Assembly (NCBI RefSeq): GCF_003991155.1
Contig: NZ_CP031293.1
DNA length: 64,000 bases
Source: Escherichia coli
GTDB taxonomy: Bacteria > Pseudomonadota > Gammaproteobacteria > Enterobacterales > Enterobacteriaceae
Direction: 5' to 3' (one strand)
Part shown: positions 1-13,191 of the stretch, in pieces
How the letters are laid out: each line of letters begins with the position of its first letter
Numbering within the stretch: position 1 is the first letter of the stretch
Notes under the pieces: generated by a model
Databases searched by the model: none
What the model saw: only the letters and a program-made list of their open reading frames with translations
What the model was told of the DNA's origin: nothing
Position numbers and translations under genes: made by a program

Positions 1-20
1 ATTCGGCTCGCCGCCGGGGG

Positions 21-47
21 TTGAAACCCTCAAAATCCCCCCCATCT
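21..47 (+). promoter_or_regulatory. sigma-32 heat-shock promoter of hslVU (-35 TTGAAA, ~13 nt spacer, -10 CCCCATCTA), followed by a 5' UTR stem-loop (ccccgtac-tttt-gtacgggg, ~62-82)
   Basis: Sequence matches the sigma-32 consensus (CTTGAAA / CCCCATnT) upstream of hslV; positions read by eye. Confidence 0.5.
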
Positions 48-116
48 ATAATTGCATTATGCCCCGTACTTTTGTACGGGGTTTGTACTCTGTATTCGTA
101 ACCAAGGGGTCAGCTC

Positions 117-647
117 GTGACAACTATAGTAAGCGTACGCCGTAACGGCCATGTGGTCATCGCTGGTGATGGTCAGGCCACGTTGGGCAATACCGTAATG
201 AAAGGCAACGTGAAAAAGGTCCGCCGTCTGTACAACGACAAAGTCATCGCGGGCTTTGCGGGCGGTACTGCGGATGCTTTTACGCTGTTCGAACTGTTTG
301 AACGTAAACTGGAAATGCATCAGGGCCATCTGGTCAAAGCCGCCGTTGAGCTGGCGAAAGACTGGCGTACCGATCGCATGCTGCGCAAACTTGAAGCACT
401 GCTGGCAGTCGCGGATGAAACTGCATCGCTTATCATCACCGGTAACGGTGACGTGGTGCAGCCAGAAAACGATCTTATTGCTATCGGCTCCGGCGGCCCT
501 TACGCCCAGGCTGCGGCGCGCGCGCTGTTAGAAAACACTGAACTTAGCGCCCGTGAAATTGCTGAAAAGGCGTTGGATATTGCAGGCGACATTTGCATCT
601 ATACCAACCATTTCCACACCATCGAAGAATTAAGCTACAAAGCGTAA
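117..647 (+). CDS. hslV: ATP-dependent protease subunit HslV
   Basis: 176-aa [27 protein letters not shown]..., N-terminal Thr protease; ORF track. Confidence 0.95.
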
Positions 648-656
648 GGATCTCCC

Positions 657-1988
657 ATGTCTGAAATGACCCCACGCGAAATCGTCAGCGAACTGGATAA
701 GCACATCATCGGCCAGGACAACGCCAAGCGTTCCGTGGCGATTGCTCTGCGTAACCGCTGGCGTCGCATGCAGCTCAACGAAGAGCTGCGCCATGAAGTG
801 ACCCCGAAAAATATCCTGATGATCGGCCCGACCGGTGTCGGTAAAACTGAAATCGCCCGTCGTCTGGCTAAGCTGGCGAATGCGCCGTTCATCAAAGTTG
901 AAGCAACCAAATTCACCGAAGTGGGCTATGTCGGTAAGGAAGTGGATTCTATTATTCGCGATCTGACCGATGCCGCCGTGAAAATGGTACGCGTCCAGGC
1001 TATCGAGAAAAACCGTTATCGCGCTGAAGAACTGGCAGAAGAACGTATTCTCGACGTACTGATCCCACCGGCTAAAAACAACTGGGGACAGACCGAACAG
1101 CAGCAGGAACCGTCCGCTGCTCGTCAGGCATTCCGCAAAAAACTGCGTGAAGGCCAGCTTGATGACAAAGAAATCGAGATCGATCTTGCCGCAGCACCGA
1201 TGGGCGTTGAAATTATGGCTCCTCCGGGCATGGAAGAGATGACCAGCCAGCTGCAGTCCATGTTCCAGAACCTGGGCGGTCAGAAGCAAAAAGCGCGTAA
1301 GCTGAAAATCAAAGACGCCATGAAGCTGCTGATTGAAGAAGAAGCGGCGAAACTGGTGAACCCGGAAGAGCTGAAGCAAGATGCTATCGACGCTGTTGAG
1401 CAGCACGGGATCGTGTTTATCGACGAAATCGACAAAATCTGTAAGCGCGGCGAGTCTTCCGGTCCGGATGTTTCTCGTGAAGGCGTTCAGCGTGACCTGC
1501 TGCCGCTGGTAGAAGGTTGCACTGTTTCCACCAAACACGGGATGGTCAAAACTGACCACATTCTGTTTATCGCTTCTGGCGCGTTCCAGATTGCGAAACC
1601 GTCTGACCTGATCCCGGAACTGCAAGGTCGCCTGCCAATCCGCGTTGAGCTGCAGGCACTGACCACCAGCGACTTTGAGCGTATACTGACCGAGCCGAAT
1701 GCCTCTATCACCGTGCAGTACAAAGCACTGATGGCAACTGAGGGCGTAAATATCGAGTTTACCGACTCCGGTATTAAGCGCATCGCGGAAGCGGCATGGC
1801 AGGTGAACGAATCTACCGAAAACATCGGTGCTCGTCGTTTACATACCGTTCTGGAGCGTTTAATGGAAGATATTTCCTACGACGCCAGCGATTTAAGCGG
1901 TCAAACTATCACTATTGACGCAGATTATGTGAGCAAACATCTGGATGCGTTGGTGGCAGATGAAGATCTGAGCCGTTTTATCCTATAA
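657..1988 (+). CDS. hslU: ATP-dependent protease ATPase subunit HslU
   Basis: 443-aa ORF with Walker A GPTGVGKT, 10 nt downstream of hslV. Confidence 0.95.
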   Translation: MSEMTPREIVSELDKHIIGQDNAKRSVAIALRNRWRRMQLNEELRHEVTPKNILMIGPTGVGKTEIARRLAKLANAPFIKVEATKFTEVGYVGKEVDSIIRDLTDAAVKMVRVQAIEKNRYRAEELAEERILDVLIPPAKNNWGQTEQQQEPSAARQAFRKKLREGQLDDKEIEIDLAAAPMGVEIMAPPGMEEMTSQLQSMFQNLGGQKQKARKLKIKDAMKLLIEEEAAKLVNPEELKQDAIDAVEQHGIVFIDEIDKICKRGESSGPDVSREGVQRDLLPLVEGCTVSTKHGMVKTDHILFIASGAFQIAKPSDLIPELQGRLPIRVELQALTTSDFERILTEPNASITVQYKALMATEGVNIEFTDSGIKRIAEAAWQVNESTENIGARRLHTVLERLMEDISYDASDLSGQTITIDADYVSKHLDALVADEDLSRFIL

Positions 1989-2017
1989 TCGCGTTCAATC
2001 ATTTTCATCATTGTTTG

Positions 2018-2044
2018 ATGGGGCTGAAAGGCCCCATTTTTATT
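2018..2044 (+). terminator. Rho-independent terminator of hslVU (atggggc-tgaaag-gccccat + T-run)
   Basis: GC hairpin followed by TTTTTATT directly after the hslU stop. Confidence 0.6.
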
Positions 2045-2054
2045 GGCGCGTATT

Positions 2055-2981
2055 ATGACTGAACAACAAATTAGCCGAACTCAGGCGTGGCTGGAAAGTT
2101 TACGACCTAAAACCCTCCCCCTCGCCTTTGCTGCAATTATCGTCGGGACGGCGCTGGCATGGTGGCAAGGTCACTTCGATCCACTGGTCGCCCTGCTGGC
2201 ATTGATTACCGCCGGGCTATTACAGATCCTTTCTAACCTCGCCAATGATTACGGCGATGCGGTAAAAGGCAGCGATAAACCTGACCGCATTGGGCCGCTA
2301 CGCGGCATGCAAAAAGGGGTCATTACCCAGCAAGAGATGAAACGGGCGCTCATTATTACCGTTGTGCTCATCTGTCTTTCCGGGCTGGCACTGGTTGCAG
2401 TGGCGTGCCATACGCTGGCCGATTTTGTCGGTTTCCTGATTCTTGGCGGGTTGTCGATCATTGCCGCTATCACCTACACCGTGGGCAATCGTCCTTATGG
2501 TTATATCGGTTTGGGTGATATTTCCGTACTGGTTTTCTTTGGCTGGTTGAGCGTCATGGGGAGCTGGTATTTACAAGCTCATACATTGATTCCGGCACTG
2601 ATCCTTCCGGCAACCGCATGCGGCCTGCTGGCAACGGCAGTACTGAACATTAATAACCTGCGTGATATCAATAGCGACCGCGAAAACGGCAAAAACACGC
2701 TGGTGGTGCGCTTAGGTGAAGTGAACGCGCGTCGTTATCATGCCTGCCTGCTGATGGGCTCTCTGGTGTGTCTGGCGCTGTTTAATCTCTTTTCGCTGCA
2801 TAGCCTGTGGGGCTGGCTGTTCCTGCTGGCGGCACCGCTGCTGGTGAAGCAAGCTCGTTATGTGATGCGCGAAATGGACCCGGTGGCGATGCGACCAATG
2901 CTGGAACGCACTGTCAAAGGAGCGTTACTGACTAACCTGCTGTTTGTTTTAGGGATATTCCTAAGCCAGTGGGCAGCATAA
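2055..2981 (+). CDS. menA: 1,4-dihydroxy-2-naphthoate octaprenyltransferase
   Basis: ORF track 2043..2981 trimmed to conserved start MTEQQISRTQAWLESLRPKTLPLAF (308 aa); polytopic membrane protein. Confidence 0.9.
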   Translation: MTEQQISRTQAWLESLRPKTLPLAFAAIIVGTALAWWQGHFDPLVALLALITAGLLQILSNLANDYGDAVKGSDKPDRIGPLRGMQKGVITQQEMKRALIITVVLICLSGLALVAVACHTLADFVGFLILGGLSIIAAITYTVGNRPYGYIGLGDISVLVFFGWLSVMGSWYLQAHTLIPALILPATACGLLATAVLNINNLRDINSDRENGKNTLVVRLGEVNARRYHACLLMGSLVCLALFNLFSLHSLWGWLFLLAAPLLVKQARYVMREMDPVAMRPMLERTVKGALLTNLLFVLGIFLSQWAA

Positions 2982-3073
2982 CTGACAAATATCAATTAAC
3001 AATTGATGATTTTGCCAACAGCCTACATAGCGCGATATACTGAAAATTCTCGCAGCAACTGAATGTTAAGCCT

Positions 3074-3559
3074 ATGAAATACGATACTTCCGAGCTTTGT
3101 GACATCTATCAAGAAGATGTTAACGTCGTGGAACCGCTGTTCTCCAACTTTGGCGGACGGGCGTCGTTTGGCGGACAAATAATCACGGTAAAATGTTTCG
3201 AGGACAACGGGTTGCTGTACGATCTGCTCGAACAGAATGGCCGTGGTCGTGTTCTTGTCGTCGATGGCGGTGGTTCTGTTCGTCGCGCACTGGTCGATGC
3301 TGAACTGGCGCGTCTGGCAGTACAAAATGAATGGGAAGGTCTGGTCATTTACGGCGCGGTGCGTCAGGTAGATGACCTGGAAGAGCTGGATATCGGCATC
3401 CAGGCGATGGCGGCAATTCCGGTTGGTGCCGCTGGCGAAGGCATTGGCGAAAGCGATGTCCGCGTCAATTTTGGCGGTGTCACCTTCTTCTCCGGCGACC
3501 ATCTTTATGCCGACAATACCGGGATTATTCTTTCAGAAGATCCGCTGGATATTGAATAA
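3074..3559 (+). CDS. rraA: RNase E inhibitor RraA
   Basis: 161-aa [32 protein letters not shown]... Confidence 0.93.
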
Positions 3560-3576
3560 GTACCTGCCATGCGTTA

Positions 3577-3602
3577 AAAGGGGAATTAAATTCCCCTTTT
3601 TT
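3577..3602 (+). terminator. Rho-independent terminator of rraA (ggggaatt-aaattcccc + T-run)
   Basis: Perfect hairpin followed by TTTTTT immediately after the rraA stop. Confidence 0.6.
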
Positions 3603-3606
3603 ATAC

Positions 3607-4293
3607 ATGGACGTATTCATGCAGAATATTATTCTTTTATTTATATATTTATTACTTATAGTCGTTAACCATTTCCGCTACAAATTCCTTTTGTCTGGCA
3701 ACACGGGTGAAATGATTTTATATTTTGCTAACGTATTTTTTAACCCACTTGCCTTATCATTTATTATCGCCGCAATCATCTGTATAACGATAAAAAAAAG
3801 AAGCAGCCACAGCTTTATTCGCGGCACTTGTTGGTTAATGGGATTATTTCTTATCTATAGCAGCTATACAGTGTGGGAACGACACAGCACATGGGATTAT
3901 ACTTTCCCGGGGCCAGGTATCACCGTCACAGTTCCGAGCAAACAGTGGGTTGCCAATATAGTAAAACAAGGACCAATCCTGGTGACTCGGGATGCCCATG
4001 CTATTTTAGTTATTGTTGCCTTCTCACAAAATGAACTCGGTGTGCATTCAATCGAGGAACTTACCGCGACTCAAAACGGAACTGCACAAATGCATGTTTG
4101 TGATGTTAAGGGATTTGCCTGCGCTTATCAGGAAGGAATTCAAACAATGAGTGATGGCAAAATAAGACATGCTATTTTCATGACTCTACTGGATAACACT
4201 AATTTGATACGACTGGTCGCAGCTATCGACCCAGATTATTTGGACGAATATCAAGAAGAAGTAATGAAAATGATACTTTCTGCCCATCAATAA
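3607..4293 (+). CDS. Hypothetical membrane protein (paralog A, ~3 N-terminal TM helices); strain-specific
   Basis: 228-aa ORF, AT-rich, no recognisable SD; shares motifs with the next ORF (LLSG, F-x-RG-x-CW, WxYTF, ITVT-x-P, C-terminal E-x-M-x-LSA). Start codon uncertain (alternative ATG at 3619). Confidence 0.5.
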   Translation: MDVFMQNIILLFIYLLLIVVNHFRYKFLLSGNTGEMILYFANVFFNPLALSFIIAAIICITIKKRSSHSFIRGTCWLMGLFLIYSSYTVWERHSTWDYTFPGPGITVTVPSKQWVANIVKQGPILVTRDAHAILVIVAFSQNELGVHSIEELTATQNGTAQMHVCDVKGFACAYQEGIQTMSDGKIRHAIFMTLLDNTNLIRLVAAIDPDYLDEYQEEVMKMILSAHQ

Positions 4294-4325
4294 TCTGATG
4301 TGCATGTTAATAATAAGGGATTGAT

Positions 4326-5042
4326 ATGAGATACGTTATCTTATTAATACTATGGATAATAACTACTTTTCTTAGTCATCTTCAGCACAGCAACCTACTG
4401 TCTGGAGATCCTGGCATGGTTGGCGAGTATATCGGTTCAGTATTTCTGGGGCCGTTGTTACTTCCCGTGCTTGTGTCAGGTATTCTGTGCGCATTTATTA
4501 AAAAAACACGTAACTTCGCCAGTTTTACTCGCGGGTGCTGTTGGGTATTGGGAATCCTGCTTTTATCCAAAGTCGGCAATACGTTTCGTATGTTTACCCC
4601 GTGGCAATATACCTTTGAGAATGCTGCGATAACCGTGACTATCCCGAACCGACACTGGAATACGGTTTCCATTAGTACTAATGAAACCATTGATATAAGA
4701 AGTGAGGATAATAGCGTCTTCATTTCTGCTTTCCGCCTGCCCGCAGGACGTAGCGCCGATGACCCGCTGGAAGCGTTAAAGAAGAAGCAGCGAGACAATC
4801 TCAAGGATCAATACAATGAGGAAGCCTTCCAGTTTCATGATTGTAATGCCAAACATTTCACCTGTAAGTATCAGGATGTGTTGATAAATTTTGATGGTCA
4901 GCAGAAAAGAACCATCAGTGTTTATCTTGAAGACACCCCCAGGGCTGTGGGGATCATTGCATTAATGGCGCCAGATACGGCAGATAAATATCGCCAACAG
5001 GCGATGGAGATTATGCTTTCCGCTAAAAATGCAGTGAAGTAA
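4326..5042 (+). CDS. Hypothetical membrane protein (paralog B); strain-specific
   Basis: 238-aa ORF with SD AAGGGA 5 nt upstream of the ATG; paralogous to 3607..4293. Confidence 0.6.
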   Translation: MRYVILLILWIITTFLSHLQHSNLLSGDPGMVGEYIGSVFLGPLLLPVLVSGILCAFIKKTRNFASFTRGCCWVLGILLLSKVGNTFRMFTPWQYTFENAAITVTIPNRHWNTVSISTNETIDIRSEDNSVFISAFRLPAGRSADDPLEALKKKQRDNLKDQYNEEAFQFHDCNAKHFTCKYQDVLINFDGQQKRTISVYLEDTPRAVGIIALMAPDTADKYRQQAMEIMLSAKNAVK

Positions 5043-5047
5043 AAAAT

Positions 5048-5066
5048 AAGGCGCCTTGCGGCGCCT
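5048..5066 (-). terminator. Terminator hairpin between convergent ORF B and zapB (ggcgcc-ttgc-ggcgcc); T-run on the minus strand
   Basis: Perfect GC stem flanked by an A-run on the plus strand, which is a T-run for the zapB transcript. Confidence 0.55.
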
Positions 5067-5080
5067 CTACATGGAAGAGA

Positions 5081-5374
<294 letters not shown>

Positions 5375-5559
5375 TTACCGGTGACGCCTTAATAAATACG
5401 AGCGCACTTTAGTTAGCTCCGATTGTATGAAGCCGCGCTATCGCTGTCCAGCGGCACGCCTTGCAGATTACGGTTTGCCACACTTTTCATCCTTCTCCTG
5501 GTGACATAATCCACATCAATCGAAAATGTTAATAAATTTGTTGCGCGAATGATCTAACA

Positions 5560-5700
5560 AACATGCATCATGTACAATCAGATGGAATAAATGGCGCGAT
5601 AACGCTCATTTTATGACGAAGCACACACATTTTAAGTTCGATATTTCTCGTTTTTGCTCGTTAACGATAAGTTTACAGCATGCCTACAAGCATCGTGGAG
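5560..5700 (+). promoter_or_regulatory. glpFKX promoter/operator region (expected GlpR operators and CRP site)
   Basis: Intergenic region upstream of glpF containing repeated TTCG/CGAA half-site-like elements (aagttcgatatttctcg, tgctcgttaacgat); exact sites not resolved. Confidence 0.35.
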
Positions 5701-5750
5701 GTCCGTGACTTTCACGCATACAACAAACATTAACTCTTCAGGATCCGATT

Positions 5751-8127
<2,377 letters not shown>

Positions 8128-8135
8128 TAATGATT

Positions 8136-8171
8136 GCCTGATGCGACGCTTGCGCGTCTTATCAGGCCTAC
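8136..8171. repeat. REP element (gcctgatgcgacgc...cgtcttatcaggcctac)
   Basis: Canonical REP palindrome in the glpK-glpX spacer. Confidence 0.7.
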
Positions 8172-8297
8172 GAGTCGGATACACATCCGGCATCACGCAG
8201 ACTCTGAAACCGTGCGGGGGCAACCCCGCACACATCAATAATCCAGCCCTTCCCCTGTGCTACACTTCGCGCCATTCCTTACTGCTTAGAGTTTGCT

Positions 8298-9308
8298 ATG
8301 AGACGAGAACTTGCCATCGAATTTTCCCGCGTCACCGAATCAGCGGCGCTGGCTGGCTACAAATGGTTAGGACGCGGCGATAAAAACACCGCGGACGGCG
8401 CGGCGGTAAACGCCATGCGTATTATGCTCAACCAGGTCAACATTGACGGCACTATCGTCATTGGTGAAGGTGAAATCGACGAAGCACCGATGCTCTACAT
8501 TGGTGAAAAAGTCGGTACTGGTCGCGGCGACGCGGTAGATATTGCTGTTGATCCGATTGAAGGCACGCGCATGACGGCGATGGGCCAGGCTAACGCGCTG
8601 GCGGTGCTGGCAGTAGGCGATAAAGGCTGTTTCCTCAACGCGCCAGATATGTATATGGAGAAGCTGATCGTCGGACCGGGAGCCAAAGGCACCATTGATC
8701 TGAACCTGCCGCTGGCGGATAACCTGCGCAATGTTGCGGCGGCGCTCGGCAAACCGTTGAGCGAACTGACGGTAACGATTCTGGCTAAACCACGCCACGA
8801 TGCCGTTATCGCTGAAATGCAGCAACTCGGCGTACGCGTATTTGCTATTCCGGATGGCGACGTTGCGGCCTCAATTCTCACCTGTATGCCAGACAGCGAA
8901 GTCGATGTGCTGTACGGCATTGGCGGCGCGCCGGAAGGCGTGGTTTCTGCGGCGGTGATCCGCGCATTAGATGGCGACATGAATGGTCGTCTGCTGGCAC
9001 GTCATGACGTCAAAGGCGACAACGAAGAGAATCGTCGCATTGGCGAGCAGGAGCTGGCGCGCTGCAAAGCGATGGGCATCGAAGCTGGTAAAGTTTTACG
9101 TCTGGGCGATATGGCGCGCAGCGACAACGTCATCTTTTCTGCCACCGGTATTACCAAAGGCGATCTGCTGGAAGGTATTAGCCGCAAAGGCAATATCGCC
9201 ACCACCGAAACGCTGCTGATCCGTGGTAAATCACGCACCATTCGCCGCATTCAGTCCATCCACTATCTGGATCGCAAAGACCCGGAAATGCAGGTGCACA
9301 TTCTCTGA
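8298..9308 (+). CDS. glpX: Fructose-1,6-bisphosphatase class II
   Basis: 336-aa ORF MRRELAIEFSRVTESAALAGYKWLGRGDKN... Confidence 0.93.
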   Translation: MRRELAIEFSRVTESAALAGYKWLGRGDKNTADGAAVNAMRIMLNQVNIDGTIVIGEGEIDEAPMLYIGEKVGTGRGDAVDIAVDPIEGTRMTAMGQANALAVLAVGDKGCFLNAPDMYMEKLIVGPGAKGTIDLNLPLADNLRNVAAALGKPLSELTVTILAKPRHDAVIAEMQQLGVRVFAIPDGDVAASILTCMPDSEVDVLYGIGGAPEGVVSAAVIRALDGDMNGRLLARHDVKGDNEENRRIGEQELARCKAMGIEAGKVLRLGDMARSDNVIFSATGITKGDLLEGISRKGNIATTETLLIRGKSRTIRRIQSIHYLDRKDPEMQVHIL

Positions 9309-9330
9309 GTGATTTGATCGATTGAGCCTT

Positions 9331-9357
9331 CCAGTCCTTCGGGACTGGAATTTTTTT
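9331..9357 (+). terminator. Rho-independent terminator of the glp operon (ccagtcc-ttcg-ggactgg + T7)
   Basis: Hairpin plus T-run 23 nt after the glpX stop. Confidence 0.65.
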
Positions 9358-9404
9358 GTTCGGAGAACGAAGATAAGGCAAGTCAATCAAAACAGGAGAA
9401 AAAC

Positions 9405-10151
9405 ATGGCTGATTGGGTAACAGGCAAAGTCACTAAAGTGCAGAACTGGACCGACGCCCTGTTTAGTCTCACCGTTCACGCCCCCGTGCTTCCGTTTACC
9501 GCCGGGCAATTCACCAAACTTGGCCTTGAAATTGACGGCGAACGCGTCCAGCGCGCCTACTCCTATGTTAACTCGCCCGATAATCCCGATCTGGAGTTTT
9601 ACCTGGTCACCGTCCCCGATGGCAAATTAAGCCCACTACTGGCGGCACTGAAACCGGGCGATGAAGTGCAGGTGGTTAGCGAAGCAGCTGGCTTCTTTGT
9701 GCTGGATGAAGTACCAGATTGCGAAACGCTATGGATGCTGGCAACCGGTACAGCGATTGGCCCTTATCTATCGATTCTGCAACTGGGTAAAGATTTAGAT
9801 CGCTTCAAAAATCTGGTCCTGGTTCACGCCGCACGTTATGCCGCCGACTTAAGCTATTTGCCACTGATGCAAGAACTGGAAAAACGCTACGAAGGCAAAC
9901 TGCGCATTCAGACGGTGGTCAGTCGGGAAACGGCTGCGGGTTCGCTCACTGGGCGGATACCGGCGTTAATTGAAAGTGGTGAACTGGAAAGCGCGGTTGG
10001 CCTGCCGATGAATAAAGAAACCAGCCATGTGATGCTGTGCGGCAATCCACAGATGGTGCGCGATACACAACAGTTGCTGAAGGAGACCCGGCAGATGACG
10101 AAACATTTACGTCGTCGACCGGGCCATATGACAGCGGAGCATTACTGGTAA
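9405..10151 (+). CDS. fpr: Ferredoxin/flavodoxin-NADP+ reductase
   Basis: 248-aa ORF MADWVTGKVTKVQNWTDALFSLTVHAPV... Confidence 0.93.
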   Translation: MADWVTGKVTKVQNWTDALFSLTVHAPVLPFTAGQFTKLGLEIDGERVQRAYSYVNSPDNPDLEFYLVTVPDGKLSPLLAALKPGDEVQVVSEAAGFFVLDEVPDCETLWMLATGTAIGPYLSILQLGKDLDRFKNLVLVHAARYAADLSYLPLMQELEKRYEGKLRIQTVVSRETAAGSLTGRIPALIESGELESAVGLPMNKETSHVMLCGNPQMVRDTQQLLKETRQMTKHLRRRPGHMTAEHYW

Positions 10152-10155
10152 GCGG

Positions 10156-10584
10156 TTACTTATCGATAAACGGCACGATGAGCAAATCCGCACTCAACTT
10201 ATTGATCATCCCGCGATATGCCGGCATCAAACGGTTGATAAATGAGTGGTGATGACCACAGACAAGGAGGTCGCACTGCTCTTTTTGCATAATTTCCAGC
10301 AGTGTTTCCGGCATTTCTCCGCGTTCAATACGCAGTTTTGTCTTCGGCCATTGAATATTTTTCGTCAGTTTATACAGCTTGTTATCCGACTTATTCTTCA
10401 ACAATTGAAGAATATCTTCTGTTGCAGGGAAGTAGATACCCGGATACAACTCGCTTAAGCCATCATCAATATGAATTAACGTCAGGTGAGCGTCATTATG
10501 TCTGGCGAGCTCCAGGGCTTTATTCACCAGTAAGGCATCTTCTTCATTCCCGGAAATTGCCACGCCAATGTGTTTATAAGCCAT
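10156..10584 (-). CDS. uspD: Universal stress protein D
   Basis: 142-aa [45 protein letters not shown]. Confidence 0.9.
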   Translation of the reverse strand: MAYKHIGVAISGNEEDALLVNKALELARHNDAHLTLIHIDDGLSELYPGIYFPATEDILQLLKNKSDNKLYKLTKNIQWPKTKLRIERGEMPETLLEIMQKEQCDLLVCGHHHSFINRLMPAYRGMINKLSADLLIVPFIDK

Positions 10585-10610
10585 GTTTAACTCCTTCTAA
10601 AGCAACTCCA

Positions 10611-10910
10611 TCAAGCTAACGAACGCAGTGATAACTCAAAAATAATCATCTCGGCCTGGCATGAGAAGGTGAAGGCCGCATCAAGCTCAACTTGCCCTTC
10701 CAGATCCTTAATCTTATAGGCTACGCTGGCCCCTTCATCTGCAGAGGATGCAGCGGCGGCAAGCTCTTTCAGTTTGGTCATAAAGGACTCTGCTTCTTCG
10801 CGGGTGGCAAAAAAGCGCGAAAACTTACTGGTACAGTTGTCGTTATCAATCACCGTACCGATATCAATCGCACATCCTTTAGTACTGCATTTATCTACGA
10901 CATCTTTCAT
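10611..10910 (-). CDS. yiiS: UPF0381/DUF1287-type small protein YiiS
   Basis: 99-aa ORF at the K-12 yiiS position. Confidence 0.8.
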   Translation of the reverse strand: MKDVVDKCSTKGCAIDIGTVIDNDNCTSKFSRFFATREEAESFMTKLKELAAAASSADEGASVAYKIKDLEGQVELDAAFTFSCQAEMIIFELSLRSLA

Positions 10911-11121
10911 AGGGCACCTCTGTATATTCGCCTCTCTGTCGATTACGACTTAAGAATAATGCGCCGTTAAAGGAAGAACAAACAAGTAATGATCTTATGG
11001 ATTACCATTTTTTTTGATATTGCTTAAGGTGAAGAGTTCAGAAGGATTTTCCGGGCATTGTCATTTGCATCGTGGAAATAACAATCCCGGAAAAAAATAG
11101 CAGTAAGAGATATATTAAAGG

Positions 11122-11562
11122 TTAATTACTTGATTTATTGTCGGCTTTATACTTCACATCCTGGGTATCTTTACCATATTTATTTTCGCCTTGTGTGCCA
11201 ACAAACGCACCAAGATCGATAAGCATCATCACCAGAATCAATGTCGGGACAAAACGCCCCACCGCCCATTGCCAGACACCCGGTAAAATCGCCCAGTTAC
11301 CCGCCAGCAGCATCCACGCCACAATCATCAGAAATGCCCATGCGCCGGAACGCCCGCGATCATGCAAGCGCTTAACGGTTACTGCCGCTGTTGGCCAAAG
11401 CAAGCACACAAGGCAAAACGCCGCGGTCTGAATATCGAGTAAATTTTTACCCGCCAGTGAGAAAAGCACCAGCATGCCTGCGAACCACAGGCCTATCCAA
11501 ATCCAGAAATCACGGCGTCCAATACGCCCTTTAAATGAGAATAACCATTGCTGTATGGTCAT
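11122..11562 (-). CDS. yiiR: DUF805 inner membrane protein YiiR
   Basis: 146-aa ORF with 4 predicted TM helices. Confidence 0.8.
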   Translation of the reverse strand: MTIQQWLFSFKGRIGRRDFWIWIGLWFAGMLVLFSLAGKNLLDIQTAAFCLVCLLWPTAAVTVKRLHDRGRSGAWAFLMIVAWMLLAGNWAILPGVWQWAVGRFVPTLILVMMLIDLGAFVGTQGENKYGKDTQDVKYKADNKSSN

Positions 11563-11662
11563 GTAAGTTCCTTGATGGTTGTCTTTTCCAGGATTCTACC
11601 CTTTTGACAAGGGCGACAGATATCGTTTTAATCGGAGCCAGTCATAACAAAAGGTACTGTCA

Positions 11663-12262
11663 ATGAAGCCAGGGTGTACGCTGTTTTTTCTCTTATATTC
11701 TGCATTAACCGTTACAACAACGGCGTATGCACAAACACCAGATACGGCAACGACCGCGCCTTATCTGCTGGCTGGAGCCCCTACTTTCGATCTCTCCATC
11801 AGCCAGTTTCGAGAAGACTTTAACAGCCAGAATCCCAGCCTGCCACTGAACGAATTTCGTGCCATCGACAGCAGTCCCGACAAAGCCAATCTCACTCGTG
11901 CTGCCAGTAAAATTAACGAGAACTTGTATGCTTCTACAGCGCTGGAGCGCGGTACCTTAAAAATCAAAAGCATTCAAATGACCTGGCTACCCATCCAGGG
12001 GCCAGAGCAAAAAGCCGCGAAAGCGAAAGCTCAGGAATACATGGCAGCGGTGATCCGCACACTCACCCCATTAATGACCAAAACACAAAGCCAGAAAAAA
12101 CTGCAGTCGCTACTAACGGCGGGGAAAAACAAACGTTATTACACCGAGACAGAAGGTGCACTGCGTTATGTTGTCGCGGACAACGGCGAAAAGGGGCTGA
12201 CCTTCGCTGTTGAACCGATTAAGCTGGCGCTATCTGAATCGCTTGAAGGTTTGAATAAATGA
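11663..12262 (+). CDS. yiiQ: DUF1454 periplasmic protein YiiQ
   Basis: 199-aa ORF with signal peptide. Confidence 0.8.
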   Translation: MKPGCTLFFLLYSALTVTTTAYAQTPDTATTAPYLLAGAPTFDLSISQFREDFNSQNPSLPLNEFRAIDSSPDKANLTRAASKINENLYASTALERGTLKIKSIQMTWLPIQGPEQKAAKAKAQEYMAAVIRTLTPLMTKTQSQKKLQSLLTAGKNKRYYTETEGALRYVVADNGEKGLTFAVEPIKLALSESLEGLNK

Positions 12263-12369
12263 CAAAAAGCAAAGCCTTTGTGCCGATGAATCTCTATACT
12301 GTTTCACAGACCTGCTGCCCTGCGGGGCGGCCATCTTCCTTTATTCGCTTATAAGCGTGGAGAATTAAA

Positions 12370-13137
12370 ATGCGACATCCTTTAGTGATGGGTAACTGGA
12401 AACTGAACGGCAGCCGCCACATGGTTCACGAGCTGGTTTCTAACCTGCGTAAAGAGCTGGCAGGTGTTGCTGGCTGTGCGGTTGCAATCGCACCACCGGA
12501 AATGTACATCGATATGGCGAAGCGCGAAGCTGAAGGCAGCCACATCATGCTGGGTGCGCAAAACGTGGACCTGAACCTGTCCGGCGCATTCACCGGTGAA
12601 ACCTCTGCTGCTATGCTGAAAGACATCGGCGCACAGTACATCATCATCGGCCACTCTGAACGTCGTACTTACCACAAAGAGTCTGACGAACTGATCGCGA
12701 AAAAATTCGCGGTGCTGAAAGAGCAGGGACTGACTCCGGTTCTGTGCATCGGTGAAACCGAAGCGGAAAACGAAGCGGGCAAAACTGAAGAAGTTTGTGC
12801 ACGTCAGATCGACGCGGTACTGAAAACTCAGGGGGCTGCGGCATTCGAAGGTGCGGTTATCGCTTACGAACCTGTATGGGCAATCGGTACTGGCAAATCT
12901 GCAACTCCGGCTCAGGCACAGGCTGTTCACAAATTCATCCGTGACCACATCGCTAAAGTTGACGCTAACATCGCTGAACAAGTGATCATCCAGTACGGCG
13001 GCTCTGTAAACGCGTCTAACGCTGCAGAACTGTTTGCTCAGCCAGACATCGACGGCGCGCTGGTTGGCGGTGCTTCTCTGAAAGCTGACGCTTTCGCAGT
13101 GATCGTTAAAGCTGCAGAAGCGGCTAAACAGGCTTAA
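12370..13137 (+). CDS. tpiA: Triosephosphate isomerase
   Basis: 255-aa [26 protein letters not shown]..., catalytic motifs ([19 protein letters not shown]). Confidence 0.96.
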
Positions 13138-13146
13138 GTCTGACAG

Positions 13147-13169
13147 GTGCCGGATTTCATATCCGGCAC
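13147..13169. terminator. Terminator hairpin between convergent tpiA and cdh (gtgccggat-ttcat-atccggcac)
   Basis: Perfect 9-bp stem in the 54-nt convergent spacer. Confidence 0.5.
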
Positions 13170-13191
13170 TTACTTTCCTTAACTCCTCGCC

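Noticed and set aside
117-119. hslV start codon appears to read GTG rather than ATG
   Set aside because: Could be real strain variation or my misreading by one base; the protein N-terminus is conserved either way, so it is not reported as a finding.
630-1625. 331-aa minus-strand ORF antisense to hslU, and similar long antisense ORFs (12382..12981 opposite tpiA, 15441..16169 opposite pfkA, 47335..48348 opposite fdoG, 49958..50734 opposite fdhE, 7465..8238 opposite glpK)
   Set aside because: Each lies entirely within a well-conserved gene on the other strand, has no RBS and an unusual amino-acid composition; these are shadow ORFs of GC-rich coding sequence.
11049-11096. Long-loop inverted repeat (ttttccggg...cccggaaaaaaa) between yiiS and yiiR
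   Set aside because: The U-run is on the wrong side for a terminator on either strand and the loop is ~25 nt; insufficient evidence for any specific element.
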